Part shown: in pieces, positions 40,201 to 55,200 of the stretch
Layout of the letters: each line of letters begins with the position of its first letter
Numbering within the stretch: the stretch's first letter is position 1
Source: Squalus acanthias
Taxonomy: Eukaryota
DNA: 64,000 nt
Direction: 5' to 3'
Assembly: GCA_030390025.1 (NCBI GenBank)
Contig: CM059433.1
Location: 27,902,001 to 27,966,000, forward strand
Position numbers and translations under genes: made by a program
The notes under the pieces: model-generated
Told to the model about the DNA's origin: nothing
What the model saw: the letters and a program-made list of their open reading frames with translations, nothing else
Databases searched by the model: none

Positions 40201-43200
40201 CCAACATAGGACTAGTTACAGCTGGAAAAGAGAGGCCGGGGCCATTTTGAGGCCTGCACTCCATTTAAATAAAGCCAGTGAGCTTCCTGCCCCAAATGGT
40301 GTTCAGAAACGTCAGCAGGCCAGTCCGGGGGGGCGGGGTTGCAGTCGCAGTGGGGGTTCCCAGAGCGACAGCAACCCAGATCATTTTTGTGGAGCACTCC
40401 TGCTGGCCCCACGAACATGATTTAAAACACACCTCTGTGGGGCCTCTTCCACTGCCTCACTAGTAGAACAGGTCGGGGAGTGCACGGGCTCCAGCTCCGA
40501 CGAGTGCTGTCCTAAAACGGCAAACACCGTCCTATGTACGCTCTAGGACACCAATTTGTATATTAAAAGGGGCTGACCGTCTGAAACAGGCAGTTGTTTC
40601 GGCCGTCCAATGGTAGGCCCCTTCAACTTCGTTGTAGGAAGTGAGTTAATGAGGCAGTAAGGCTAACGACCCCATTTTGAAGCCAATTACCGCCCCGCAA
40701 ATGCCTATTTTGGTCATTCATATTGGCCACACGAGTCACCCCTTACCTTACAGTCTACACATTTTTATAATCCAAACTCAGCACCACCTAATCATTCCTC
40801 GTTTTGATCATAATATGATAGAATTCTTCATTAGGATGGAGAGTGAAGTAGTTGACTCAGAGACTAGGGTCCTGAATTTAAATAAAGGAAACTACGATGG
40901 TATGAGGTGCGAGTTGGGTAGGATTGATTGGGGACTGTCACTCAAAGGGTTGACGGTGGAGAGGCAATGGCAAACATTCAAAGACCGCATGGACGAACTA
41001 CAGAATTTGTTCATCCCAGTTTGGCATAAGAATAAAACAAAAAGGGTGACTCAACCATGGCTAACAAGGGAAATTAGGGATAGCATAAGATCCAAGGAGA
41101 GGGCATATAAATTGGCCAGAAAAAGCAGTAACCCTGTGGATTGGGAGCAGTTTAAGATTCAACAAAGGAGGACAAAGGGATTAATTAAGAAGGGGAAAAT
41201 AGAATACGAGAGTAAGCTTGCAGGGAACATAAAAACTGACTGTAAAAACTTTTATAGATATGTGAAGAGAAAAAGATTAGTGAAATCAAGCATAGGTCCC
41301 TTGCAGTCAGAATCAGGGGAACTTATAATGGGGAACAAAGAAATGTCAGACCAATTAAATACATATTTTGGTTCTGTCTTCACAAAGGAGGACACAAATA
41401 ACCTCCCAGAGATGTTGGGGAACATAGGGTCTGATGAAAGGGAGGAACTGAAAGAAATCAGTATTTGTAGGGAAATGGTGTTAGGGAAATTGAAAAGATT
41501 GAAGGCCGATAAATCCCCAGGGCCTGATAATCTACATCCTAGGGTACTTAAGGAAGTGGCCCTAGAAATAGTAGATGCATTGCTGATCATCTTCCAACAT
41601 TCGATGGAATCTGGAACAGTACCCATGGATTGGAGGGTAGCTAATGTTACCCCACTATTCAAAAAGGGTGGTAGAGAGAAAACGGGGAATTACAGACCGG
41701 TAAGCCTGACATCGGTAGTGGGGAAAATGCTAGAGTCCATTATAAAAGATGTAATAGCTGAGCACTTGAAAAACAGTGACAGGATCGGACAAAGTCAACA
41801 TGGATTTACAAAAGGTAAATCATGCTTGACTAATCTATTGGAATTTTTTGAGGATGTAACTGGTAAAATAGATAAGGGAGAACCAGTGGATGTGTTGTAT
41901 TTGGACTTCCAAAAGGCTTTTGATAAGGTCCCGCATAAGAGATTAGTGTGTAAAGTTAACGCACACGGGATTGGGGGCAAGGTATTGACTTGAATAGAGA
42001 ACTGGTTGGCAAACAGAAAGCAAAGAGTTGCAATAAACGGGTCTTTTTCCGAGTGGCAGGCAGTGACTAGTGGGGTACCGCAGGGATCGGTCCTTGGACC
42101 CCAGCTATTCACAATATATATTAATGATCTAGACAAGGGAACTAGATGTAATATCTCCAAGTTTGCAGACGACACAAAACTGGGTGGGCGTGTGTGCTGC
42201 GAGGAGGATGCCGAGAAACTCCAGGATGATTTGGACAGGTTGGGTGATTGGGCAGAAGCGTGGCAGATGCAATATAACGTGGATAAATGCGAGGTTATCC
42301 ACTTTGGTGTCAAAAACAGAAAGGCAGATTATTATCTGAATGGCAATAGATTGGGAGAAGGGGAAGTGCAACGAGACCTGGGTGTCCTTGTGCACCAGTC
42401 GCTGAAGGTAAGCATGCAGGTGCAGCAGGCGGTTAAGAAGGCAAATGGTATGTTGGCCTTCATAGCGAGAGGGTTTGAGTACAGGAACAAGGATGTCTTG
42501 CTGCAGTTGTGCAGGGCCTTGGTGAGACCACACCTTGAGTACTGTGTGCAGTTTTGGTCGCCTTATCTGAGGAAGGATGTTCTTGCCATGGAAGGAGTTC
42601 AGCGAAGATTCACAAGGCTGATACCTGGGATGGCAGGAATGACGTATGAAGAAAGATTGGATCGATTGGGCTTATACTCGCTGAAGTTTAGAAGAATGAG
42701 AGGGGATCTCATTGAAACTTATAAAATTCTGACAGGACAAACTAGATGCAGGAAGGATGTTCCTGATGGTCGGGGAGTCCAGAACCAGGGGTCACAGTCT
42801 AAGGATAAGGGGTAAGCCATTTAGGACAGAAATGAGGAGGAATTTCTTCACCCAGAGAGTGGTGAACCTGTGGAATTCTCTGCCACAGAAGGCAGTAGAG
42901 GCCAATTCATTAAATAGATTCAAGAAGGAGTTGGATATATTTCTTAAGGCTAAAGGTATCAAGGGATATGGGGAGAAAGCAGGGACAGGGTACTGAATTT
43001 GGATGATCAGCCATGATCGCATTGAATGGCGGAGCAGGCTAGAGGGGCCGAATGGCCTACTCCTGCTCCTATCTTCTATGATTCTATGATTTCTTCTATA
43101 GTTCTCCACCTTGGTGCTGTCCTTCATTAAAGGGACTTGGTCCTTCATCTAGGTTGCTCACTTTGGGGAATTATAAAAAAAAGTCTCTACTGACACCACT

Positions 43201-46200
43201 GATTCAGCCAATGAGTTGAGGCGGGGCGGGACTTACGGCAGGATTTATAGCAGTATATTTTACAGCAAAGTTTATTTACAAAGTCTAATTAAAAGAGTCT
43301 CTACGAACTACAGCAAACAGAACTCATGACTGAAACTACAGCAACATCTGCTGATAAAAGCAGGCTGATTTCTCCAGCAAAATGCAGTGAGTGGAGGATA
43401 GCTACATAATACAAATTATGTGCGTAAAATCCCAGTCACTTACAACAGTGTGACAGGCGTGACTGGCGGGGGAATTACCCAATCATCTCCATTCTGGCCG
43501 GGAATAGCGGTATCACTATATGCAGCCATTAAAAATAACACACGCACGCGCTCCCTCATTACCTGCTCGCCATCTCGACGGCTTCCTTGTTTGGCGGAGG
43601 AACCGAAAAGCAAACCGAAGGGACCATGGCCTCGTTCCCAGTGGGACTAATGACCTTCCACTTGACTCGGTGCGAGTTGTTCTCCAACACACATTCATCA
43701 TCCTTGTAGATCGTTATCTGTTTAAAGAACACAATTAGTGCGGAAATTCTCCAAACTCAAACACCGCGTCCACAAAAAGTTGGGAGAAATCATGAATGTC
43801 GCTACAATCAACAGCTTGCATTTATAGAGCGCCTTTCATATAGTAAAAACATCCCAAGACACTTCACAGGAGCGTTATCAGACAAAATGTGACACCAAGT
43901 CACATAAGGAGATATTAGGACAGGTGACCAAAAGCTAGGTCAAAGAGGTAGGTTTTAAGGAGCACCTTAAAGGAGGAGGGAGAGGCGAAGAGGTTTAGGG
44001 AGGGAATTCCAGCGCTTAGGGCCTCGGCAGCTGAAGACACGGCCGCCAATGGTGGTGTGATGAAAATCGGGGATTCCCAAGAGGCCAGAATTAGAGGAGC
44101 GCAGAGATCTCGGAGGGTTGTGGGGCTGGAGGAGATTACTGTGATAGGAAAGGATGCAGTCATGGAGGGAATTGAAAACAAGGATAAGAATTTTGAAATT
44201 GAGGCATTGCCAGGACCGGGAGCCAATGCAGGTCAGCCGAATGGTCTCCTTCTGTGCTGTATGATTAGTTAAAAAAAACAAAGATACTTTTCTGCATTGT
44301 TTTAAGCTGCAAGAGGATCGGCTGGGAGTCAGAAGGTTTGAACTCATTACTCCACTGCCCTCCGTACATTGCCACTACTGGCAGCGCTCAATTTCAGTAG
44401 CACTGCCAGAAGGTAAATGCTGCCTCTTAAATCTCGGGGACCCAGCGTTTACTGGTGACTCCGGAGACAGCGCCACCTCCCTTCAGGTGATGTAACCATC
44501 GTCACCAAAGCACAATCGGTCACCTCTTACATTACAACAGTGACTACACGTCAAACGTACTTGATTGGCTGTAAAGCACTTTGGGACGTCCCGAGGTTGT
44601 GAAAGGCGCTATATAAATGCAAGTTCTTTATTTCTTTCTCTGGTCTCTTGCAGACTGCGTGGCCCAACCCCCGCCACTCAGTGGCCGAACTCAAGCTTCT
44701 CTGGCCCCGGGCCGTACAGCAAGACAGCAGAAATGAAGTCACAGACCATCACCTAAAAGCAGCTGCATAGGCAGTTCCCACAGCACTAAAAACCTTCCAC
44801 TCTCTTACAGAATCACTGCTCGAGGTCAGTCTGCAGTATAAGTGGGCAATAAAATATTTAGCAGCTGCGCACTCCTCCTTTCATTGACATACTTCTAATT
44901 TGTTTCGAAAATAATATCTGCTGGTACCTTAAAAGCCAAATACCTTTTAAACTGAAAATAAAACAGCACTCTCCCTCACAAGTGGCATGGACCAATAGGC
45001 CTGTTTCTGTGCTGTCAATTCTATGTAACTCTTGTAACGAGCTCATGGTTTTATACTGCATACTCACTTTTTAAGACCACCATTTTCAAGTGGTGGGGAG
45101 GGGCTAGATTTAGAATCAGTGGGAACAAAGGTTGGCTTCACACGGCAGTAATCGTGACTGAACTTCTGTAGAGGAGATTCCAACAATTCACTGAGCCAAC
45201 AAGGTATCGCGTGTGACTCATTTAGAGGAACATAGGAATTGCTAGGTTGAAAAAGACCACGGGTCCATCGAGTTCCCCTTCTGCTATCCTGGTAGTCACA
45301 TGATACAATGATAATGGAGTTGTTGACTAATCATAGCAATCAATCTCTATCAATTAGTCTACAACAGACCCAGACATGAGGTGAGGAATACCCCAGTGGT
45401 AGAGAGCTTTGGGAACCAGAGGTCCAAAGTCACCTGTTCTTCCTAAGCATGCTACACTTGCATGTATAATGGTTTTGCAACTGGCTTCAGTGATATCAGT
45501 GTGGGCTCATGAAAATGGTAGTGAGCTGTCTGCCATTACCTTCCAATCAGAGGGGCTATGGATCAGGTCAGTGTTTACCTTGGAAGCCCTCATGTCGCAC
45601 AATAATCATTTACTGGTCTTGGGATCCAGTGGTAACAGCAAGTCAGTTCTAAAGTCTTTAATTATCCTGGCAGTAGATAGATTCAGTATAATTACATAGA
45701 AGTTACAGCACAGAAACAGGCCATTCAGGCCCAACAGATCCATGCCGGTGTTTATGCTCCACACCAGCCTCCTCCCACCCTACTTCATCTCACCCTATCA
45801 ACATTTCTATTCCTTTCTTCCTCATGGACTTAACTCGCTTCCCCTTAAATGCATCATTCGCATCAACTACTCCTTGTGGTAGCGAGTTCCACATTCTCAC
45901 CACTCTGGGTAAAGAAATTCCTCCTGAATTCCCTGTTGGATTTATTAGTGACCATCTTATATTTGTGCCTTCAAGTTTTCGTCTCCCCCACAAGTGGAAA
46001 CATCTTCTCTACGTCTACCCTTTCGAAACCCCTTCATAATTTTTTTAAAGACCTCCATCAGGTCACCCCTCAGCCTTCTCTTTTGTAGAGAAAAGAGCCC
46101 CAGCCTGTTCAGCCTTTCCTGATAGTTATAACCTCTTATAACACATTTCAATCTGGAGTTGTATTCTATCTGCATTTCAATCGGAGTGCAAGTATACACT

Positions 46201-49200
46201 GTGCAGTTGTGTAATAAACCCTACAGTTTACAGCTAACGAAGAAACAATGGTACTAGATTAACTTGTAGGTCGTATGATCCCAGCAACACTCGGTATTTC
46301 CTGTAGATCACGAAAGCCAAGACTGACAGCACAACCAATTAATTATTGTTTGCCCAAGTCAAATCACAAATGTATGTATTATATCATAACCATCATTCAA
46401 TGAAAGGTCACAAACTAAATTGCAGGGTTAAGAGTTCCACAATGGAGGATCCTTCTCATTCAGTGCAAAATTAACTGAATTCTTAATCTTGAAAGTCCCT
46501 CCAAGGAATCTCTCCCGTGTGGTTCTCCCTGGTTTTTGCTTTGCACATTAAAAGGTGAGCAAACATTGACATTATCTGTAAATTCAGAGTAATCAATTTT
46601 TCATCTGTGGTATAATTCAGTCAATAGGTCCTAAAAGATTTTAAATTGTTCTCAATTTATGACACATTCACGGCCAACAACCTATATTTCCTTAGTGCTC
46701 ATTACATACAAAAAATAAGTCCCGGTGCACTTTTCAGAACATCGGATAGAGATTGAAGACAAGTGCAGAGAAAAGAAAGATGAGGCTCAGAAGCAGGCAA
46801 AAGCATAATCGAAGAGGAGGGTCTTCAAGGGGGGTGTAGAAGGCAGGGAGCGAGGTGACGAGGCAGAGATGCTGAGGGAGTGGTTTCCAACAATAGTTTT
46901 TGCCAGACAACTTCAGATGGCATTGAAGAGTCAACCACATAGCGTGGGACTAGATTCATGCGTAGGCCAGACCAGGTAGGGTTGGGCAGGCTCCCATTAG
47001 TGGGTTTTTCGGATAATCAGCTTTGGCGCTCAATTTTAACTAGCGCCAACCCAAAAAATTACCAGATTTATTCAATTCAGTTTCACGTCTTGCTATGGTA
47101 GGTGACATGAATCTTGTCATTCATGTGGAAATGACTTATGAAATAATACTGGGCGGCCTGCTGGTGGCGCTGTCCAGGGAGAGTATAAATACTTGGGCAT
47201 GGGCCCAGCTTGCTCAGGACATTCTTTAACAGGAACTAGTGAAGGACACAACTAGACCTCCATGTTGATTAAAGCTTTGTTTAACGCTTAGACCAAGTGC
47301 CTAGTAGTTTTCTTACGTCAGTAGGACTATCAGTTCAGTACCAAAACCCTACACTAACCTACCTACTTGTGATAGTTAGTGACTTCACAATTGCATAGAA
47401 TTACATAGTATTTACAGCATAGAAACAGATCATTTGGCCCAACAGGTCCAGGTCGGTGTTTATGCTCCACATGAGCCTCCTCCCACTATGCTTCATCGAA
47501 CTCCATCAACATAACTTTCTATTCCTTTCTCCCGAATGTGTTGATCTAGCTTCCCCCTTAAATGCATCTATGCTATTCACCTCAACTACTCCTTGTGGTA
47601 GAGAGTTCCACATTCTCACCACTCTCTGGGTAAAGAAGCTTCTCCAGAATTCCCTATTGGATTTATTAGTGACAATCTTATATTTATGGTCCCTAGTTTT
47701 CATAAAACATTTCCTTCAATACTTAATTTCCAACCTCAATTTGTTTGTAGTCACATATGGCTTTGATGGGGATAGAGATCCTTGTGGGATTTTCGGGATT
47801 CCTGGGTTTGAGCTGGACGATGTTCTTCGCCCGACTCATGAGGCCTGCTACATTACTTTTGAACTGAAGAAGTTGTTCTTTTTCATCCTAAAATACATAA
47901 GAAAACAACAAGAATAGAAATGTCTTGAGCACAGGAGGAGGAAAGATCTTCCCTGGTTGCACGGCCCGTTTTTAGACAAATGTAGTCACCTTTAAACAAA
48001 AAAACCAAGTCAACTCCAATGGACACTTTGCACGTTTGCCTGTTACAGTTTGTCCAGCCTATACTTTCCTGCACAGACGTCGTTTGCGTGCTTTGTGTAG
48101 ATTCCACTGTACAATAGAAGGGCCGTCAGCACTGCACAATCCAAGCCGAGAGATTGTCCATCACAAGCATTGTGCCAAAAATGTTACAAGTGGCAAGCTC
48201 ATCACACGGGACACATGCAACAACCACACGGTATTAATACAGCTTTCATCAGTTATCATTTCCTCTTCTCCTCTGCAGCCCCCTCGCCTGTGGGATTCAT
48301 TTGCTTTCTCTCACCAGAGATCGAGAGAGAGCAAAGGAACGTCACAGAGGCACAGGCTACACAGGGTGCAGCTTTAATGGAGGGCTCTCGCTATCACTAT
48401 GCGCGCTGGGGACAGCTCCACTCCACCCACATAGTGACCTCTTATTTTCCAGCAGCGGAAAGCAGGAGTCAACAATCAACAGGCAGCGGTTTCGCGATCC
48501 TGAATCAAACAGGTCAGTACGTGCGGGGTTCTTGCCACAGGTGGAGGGAATTTGCAGGACTGCATTAACACATCTCTTCAACTAACTCATCCAAAACAAA
48601 CTATCTTCACCTCAGGAGAAAGAGGAATAAAATCACCGTCGCTCACAGTTTCACTAATGAGTAAAGGACTTTCATGCAGCTAGTTTATTTGATCTGTCTA
48701 ATATCTTCGGGAACCATAGGTCCAAAGTCACCTGTCCCTCCCAAGCATGCTACACTTACCACATTTTTTGTCTCAAATTACTCACACATTGTATCTTAAT
48801 TTTCTGAAAGAAGTCTATGTAATTGGCATTTGAATGAATCAATACTAACTGCTTCCCCCGTCTCCCACGGGAACCTGTCCCACACATTGACCACTCTCTC
48901 ACTGAAATATTGTTTCCGCCGATTAGTTTTGAATATACTCCCACTTCACGCGCTGGCTGCTGTCTGGACAAGGTGAAACAGCCCGTCACCGTCTACATTA
49001 TCCAGTCCCTTTAGAATCCTAAAAACAGATGGAACTACCGCATGCTGGCATACTTGTCATTAACGTTCATTTATTCTGAAGCACCCTTCATTACACACAG
49101 TGTTTCTGTTCAAAAATCTGCAGGAGGCAATCCTTTGCTGCTAAAATTCCCGTTTCTCTACTTTGAAACCTGCTGTCGCGCGTCAGTTTGAGTTTTACCA

Positions 49201-52200
49201 TGGAATCCTGAACCAGGTCCTCCAACCTGACCAGGCTGCTGGATTTGTCACAATTGTACTTCCTCTTTATCGTCTCCTGCAGATTCTTCAAGTAATCCAT
49301 GGATTCTTTGGCATCATTGTAAAACTAGAGGTGGCAAAAAAAAAACACAAGAGCAATAAGAGGGGCTGCACTCAGCTTTCTGCGAAATCGGTTATATCTG
49401 AGAAGAGATTGGACACGTACCTCGAAATAAGCTGTATTTTCTTTCAGATGTTTCTCAACACAGTAGCAGAGCTGTAGAATCCAGCTCCACTGCGTTTGCA
49501 TTGCTGCTTTGAAAGCCTGGGGAAAATAAGAACATAAGAACATAAGAAATAGGAGCAGGAGTAGGCCATTCGTACCTTTGAGCCTCGTCCACCATTCAAC
49601 ATCATTGCTGATCTTCTACCTCAACTCCACTTTCCTGCACTACCCCATATCCCTTGATTCCTTAGTATCCAAAAATCTATCGATCTCTGTCTTGAATATA
49701 CTCAATGACTGAGCCTCCACAACCCTCTGGAGTAGAGAATTCCAAAGATTCACCACCCTCTGAGTGAAGAAATTTCTCCTCATGTACGGTCCTAAATGGC
49801 CAACCCCTTATTCTGAGACTGTGACCCCTGGTTCTCGACTCCCCAGCCAGGGGAAACATCCTCCCAGCATTAACCCTGTCAAGCCCCAATAAAACACAAG
49901 AGCTCCATTCTCACCTCTGAAAAGGATTAACATGAGCATTATTATCGAGCTTCGTACGCAACGCAGAACAGCAACAGCATAAACAGGCTTGCCAAAGCCT
50001 AGCAAGTGGACAACGCTGGAGTAATTTCTCTTCACTTACCTCGATGGTCGGCCGAGCAGGATGGCGACCGAGGAGGAGCTGATCTGCCATCTCCTGGACC
50101 GATCTCATAAGCACGTCTTTGTCTTCGAGCTCTTGCATCAATTCCTGTCACAAACGGTGAGGCCAAGAAAAAAAATAACTAAGAATGCAGAAACCGAAAC
50201 AGAGAGAAAAAAAAATTCTAAGTTTTCCGCACAATGAGAGACACTGGTTTATGGTTGACCGATTCCATTTTCACTCATTGCAACTGGTGTCAGCTGTGTC
50301 TCAGTGGGTAGCACTCTTGCCTCCGTGAAGGCTGTGGGTTCATAGCCCCACTCCAGAGACTTCAGCACAAAATCCAGGCCGACACTCCAGTGCAATACTG
50401 AGAGAGTGCTGCACTGTCGGAGGTACCATCTTTCAGATGAGAGGTTCAACCGAGGCCCCATCTGCCTTTTCCGATGGATGTAAAAGATCCCATGGCACTA
50501 TTTTTGAAGGGAGTTCTCCCCGGTGGCCTGGCCAATATTTATTCCTTCACTAAAAAAAAAAGTTTATCTGATCAATATCACATTGCTGTTTGTGGAATCT
50601 TGCTGTGCTCAAATTGTGCCATGTTTCCTACATTACAACAGTAACTACACTTTAAAACTACTTCATCGGCTATAAAACTCTTTGAGATACCCTGAAGTCG
50701 TGAAAGGCAAGTTTGTTCTTTTTACATGGGATTTGGAATTTTTAACCAGTATTTTTCTTTGGTAATCCGCCCTTCAAAATGTAACTGCAAGCCAGTAGCT
50801 CTGCCCACGACTGTTACGTACAGCATGATACTCTTTCTTTCTCAACATGCTGGAGTTCCTGTCGCTCCAGTCATAAGCCACCTCCTCTTCCTCCTTCTCA
50901 TTCAGCCAGATCAGCTGATTGGTGGCTCTGGACACGAAGCTCTGCAGGTTGTCGAGGTGAGAAGCTCGGTTTCTGGAAGTGGCCTTCAGATTTAGACAGA
51001 AGAAAAAAAAACACACAATTAAAATGAGTTATTCAGAATACAATTGTAACATCTGTACCAGCATGAAGATGGAAGTAGCAACAAGATCTCACCAAGAGCT
51101 TGATGTACTGACTCTCGAGCGTGCTCAGCTTCTCTGAATAACTCTCGCAAAGAGGCGGCGACATTTGTCCCTATTTAAAAAGAAAGCCTTCATGTTATAA
51201 CTGCAAGAAGCTAAAAATTGAACAGCAATTAACAGTACGTTTGGTTGAAAATAATCAGTCCTCAGCTTCATCATTTCTGTGTATTTTCACTATCAATAAA
51301 AACTAGTGGACAGGTACAAAAAATTATTTAAAAGACTGATAGAATGTTGGCCTTTATATCAAGAGGGCTGGATTACAAAGGGGTGGAAGTTATGTTACAG
51401 CTGTACAGAGCATCTGATCAGACCCCATCTGGACACTGCGTTCAGTTCTGGGCACCGCACCTCAGGAAGGATATATTGGCCTTGGAGAGGGTGCAACGCA
51501 GATTCACCAAAATGATACCGGGGCTAACAAGGTTAAATTATGAGGACAGGTTGCATAGACTAGGCCTGTATTCCCTTCAGTATAGAAGATTAAGGGATGA
51601 TCTAATTGAGGTGTTTAAGATGATTAAAGGATTTGATGGGGTAGATCGAGAAAATCTATTTCTTCTGGTGGGGAGTCCAGAATATGGGGGCATAACCTTA
51701 AAATTAGAACTAGGCCATTCAGGGGTGAAGTCAGGAAGCACTTCTTCACACAAGGGTAGTGGAAATCTGGAAAACTCTCCCCTGAGGCTGAGGGTCAACT
51801 GAAAATTTCAAAACTGGGATTGATAGATTTTTGTTAGTTAAGGGATATGGAACCAAGGTGGGTAAATGGGGGCAAATACAGGTCAGCCATGGTCTAATTG
51901 AATGGTGGAATCTGCTCGAGGGGCTGAATGGCCTACATTCCTAGAAACATCAGAACTCGATGAAAGTGAAGAGACCAGAGGCCGGAGTCCTGTCTGCAGA
52001 GTACGGACACCTCCTGTTGCTTGACTGCAGGGGACGTGGGTTGCAGCCAAGAAACAAGGAGTTTGCCCGTCAGCTCAGTGGCAGAGGTGCGAGGCCAGGT
52101 AGAATTACATAGACTTTACAGCACAGAAACAGGCCATTTGGCCCAACTGGTCTATGCCGGTGTTTATGCTCCACACGAGCCTCCTCCCACCATACTTCAT

Positions 52201-55200
52201 CTCACCCTATCAGCATACCCTTCTATTCCTTTCTCCCTCATGTGTTTATTTAGCTTCCCCTTAAATGCATCTACAATATTCGCCTCAACTACTACTTGTG
52301 GTAGCGAGTTCCATATTCTCACCGTTCTCTGGGCAAAGAAGTTTCTCCTGAATTCCCTATTGGATTTATTAGTGACGATCTTATATTTATGGCCCCTAGT
52401 TTTCGACTCCCCCACAAGTGGGAACATCTTCTCTACATCTACTCTATCAAACCCTCGCATAATCTTGAAGAGCTCTATCAGTTCACCCCCTCAGCTTTCT
52501 CTTTCCTGGAGAAAAGAGCCCCAACCCATTCAATTCTGCCGGATTTTTAAAAAAAAAATCAAAATGGGAATAAAATAACAGGAAAAAAGTTACCTAAAAA
52601 AACCTCATGATAATATTAAATGACATTTCCAAATGGAACCCAAGGTCTGGTGAAAAGCAATATTTTTGGAGTTTGTTATTGCTTGAGAAGGTGGTACAAT
52701 GCTTCATGCTTATGAGCAAAGTCAGGCACAGCAACAAACCGTTTCTTAACCACCCCAAGACCCTCACACTTCATAGGCGCTTACAGCACAGGAGGAGGCC
52801 ATTCGGCCCATCCTGCTCCTTTGAAAGCTGTCCAATTAGACCCACCCCTGCACTTTTTGCCCCATAGCCCTTCAATGAGACCAAAACAAACAAGCTACTA
52901 ACACCTGTAGGGACTGGACAGATATTACTTTACACAAAGTCCAATTAGTTCCAAGTGAAACAAAAATGTCCAGTTATTTAAAACAATTCTCAAAATAGCA
53001 GTTACCTCAGCAGCTTTAGCTTCTCTGATGCTCGATTCAAAGTCTTCAATTGCTCTGTGAACATTTTTGTGATTTTCTAAATGACTCTCGATGCTTGGCA
53101 AATCAGAGCCCCACTCAGCTCGGTCAAGCTGCACCTTGTTTTTAAAAAAAAAACACACGATTAATCAGAAACTTCTTAACCAGCACCGTCAATGCTCAAG
53201 TTCACAGTACACGGTACCATTTGGCCCATCAGCTCTGTGCAGAGTCTTCGCCAGAACAACCCCAGCCAATCCCAAGCCCCACAGTCTCACCACAGCCAAG
53301 ATAAGGTGCGATATAAATGCAGGTCTTTCCTTTGTTTAAAAAAAAAAGCAGTATCGCAATTCCTCCTGAAGGAAAAAGTTCCAGCTTTTTGAAGCCACGT
53401 TGAACAAGAACCAGTTATGATGACAGGCTGGAACATCTGCTCCTGTTGTAGTTCCGTTCAGTGCGACTAAAAGACTTAGCACCAGCCAAAGATATATTGG
53501 GAAATGTGACAAACTCATTTTACACTGCTGAAGGGATCAGACTGAAATTAGTCCTCTCCCATGTTCCAACAATACTGTTCTCCTGGAAGGGGTTTGATGC
53601 AAAAATTGATCAATTATTTAGAAAAGGAAAAAAAAAAAGTTTAGTGTACAGAAAAAAATCTAATCACAATCTGGTCACACTGGTGAGGGCCTGATGTTAC
53701 AAAAAAAAAAATGTTTTTTAAGTGCAAATGCTGTAAATATTAAGATGGTGAAATAAATTGCACAATTTACCTGCATATCTTCCACCCAACTCAACAGGTC
53801 CTGCAGAAACTTCATGTTGATCTCCTCCTCCGTCAGAGACTGGTCAACAAATTGCGATCTCATCAATGGTTTTCTGATCTGCATCAGTTTCACCGTCTGG
53901 AGAGTGTCCGTGGCCATATTGGGGACAAAGCCTTGAATGAAGCCGTGTGCAAGGACAGGTTTTAAGCCGGAAGACAGTGTCGCTGGCAAGCTGGGGGTGA
54001 GAACTGGGGTCAGTCCATGGGTCAAGCTTGGCGTCAAGCTCCGAGATAAACTAGAGGTCAAGGATGGTGTCAAACTCTGGGAGTAACCTGAGGAGAAGCT
54101 CTGATTCAGACTCTGAGTTAACCCTGCCATCATTAGCTGGGTCTGCTCTGTTGATAAGGAGCGTCCTTTACTGTACACCGACGAACAATCAGACTTCAGT
54201 AACATCAGCTCATCACGGAGCTTTGCAACTCTGCAGAAAGAAAATCACGTTACATTCATTCCCGTTAATTGTTTTGCATTTGATTTTCTGATCATCTGCC
54301 TTCTCCAAATATTAGAATTATTACAGTAACTTGAATGGAACCTGGGCCTGTGTGGTACACATTAAAAGATGATTGTTAAAAAGGAAGAATTATTGCATTA
54401 TCCTACTTGTTTCTGCTCATCAATTTAAGAAATGTTAATCCTGGGAATATAAACGTTTTCTGACCCTTTGCAACCAGCGTCAGCAACAATTACTGGAAAG
54501 AAAAACCAAAGAGCTTGTATTTATATAGCGCCTTTCACAACCTCAGGATGTCCCAAAACGGTTTACAGCCAACTAAGTACTTTTGAAGTTTAGTCACTGT
54601 TGTAATGTGGGAACCACAGCAGCCAATTTGCGCACAGCAAGATCCCACAAGCAGCAGTATGATAATGACCAGATCATCTGTTTTAATTCTGTTTGTCAAG
54701 GGATAAATATTGGTCAGGACACTGGGGAGAACGCCCCTGTTCTTCTTTGCAATAGTGCCATGGAATCTTTTACAGTACAAGCCAAATTAGATTCAGAATG
54801 AAAGGTCCTGTACTCTGACCCAACAATGTGCCTCAAATTCAATCTCACAAGAACACCTCCCATTGCTCTGGAATGACATTACTCACTTCCATATCTGCCA
54901 TCCTTGGGACATCGCTGAGTGGGGCTGGCAACTTCCTGCAAACTGGTCTCCAAATTATGATCAGCGTGATATAGGATTTACAGCACAGAAACCGGCCATC
55001 CGGCCCATTATGCCTATTTACTTCATCTATCTCTATATCCTTATATTCCTTTCTCGCTCACGTACTGATCGAGCCTCCCTTTAAATGCATCTATACAGTC
55101 GGATGCACTGCCATTTCATCAATAAATATCTCCTTTGAAGTCTACCTGTATGTCAGCTTTTCCCTTCTGTGAAATTCTTCCCTTCTGTGAAATGCTATAT

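Noticed and set aside
40677..42815. 438-aa and 269-aa ORFs as a host gene or domesticated reverse transcriptase
   Set aside because: Ordinary 5'-truncated CR1 ORF2 with a nonsense codon and a frameshift; near-identical relatives occur elsewhere in the window.
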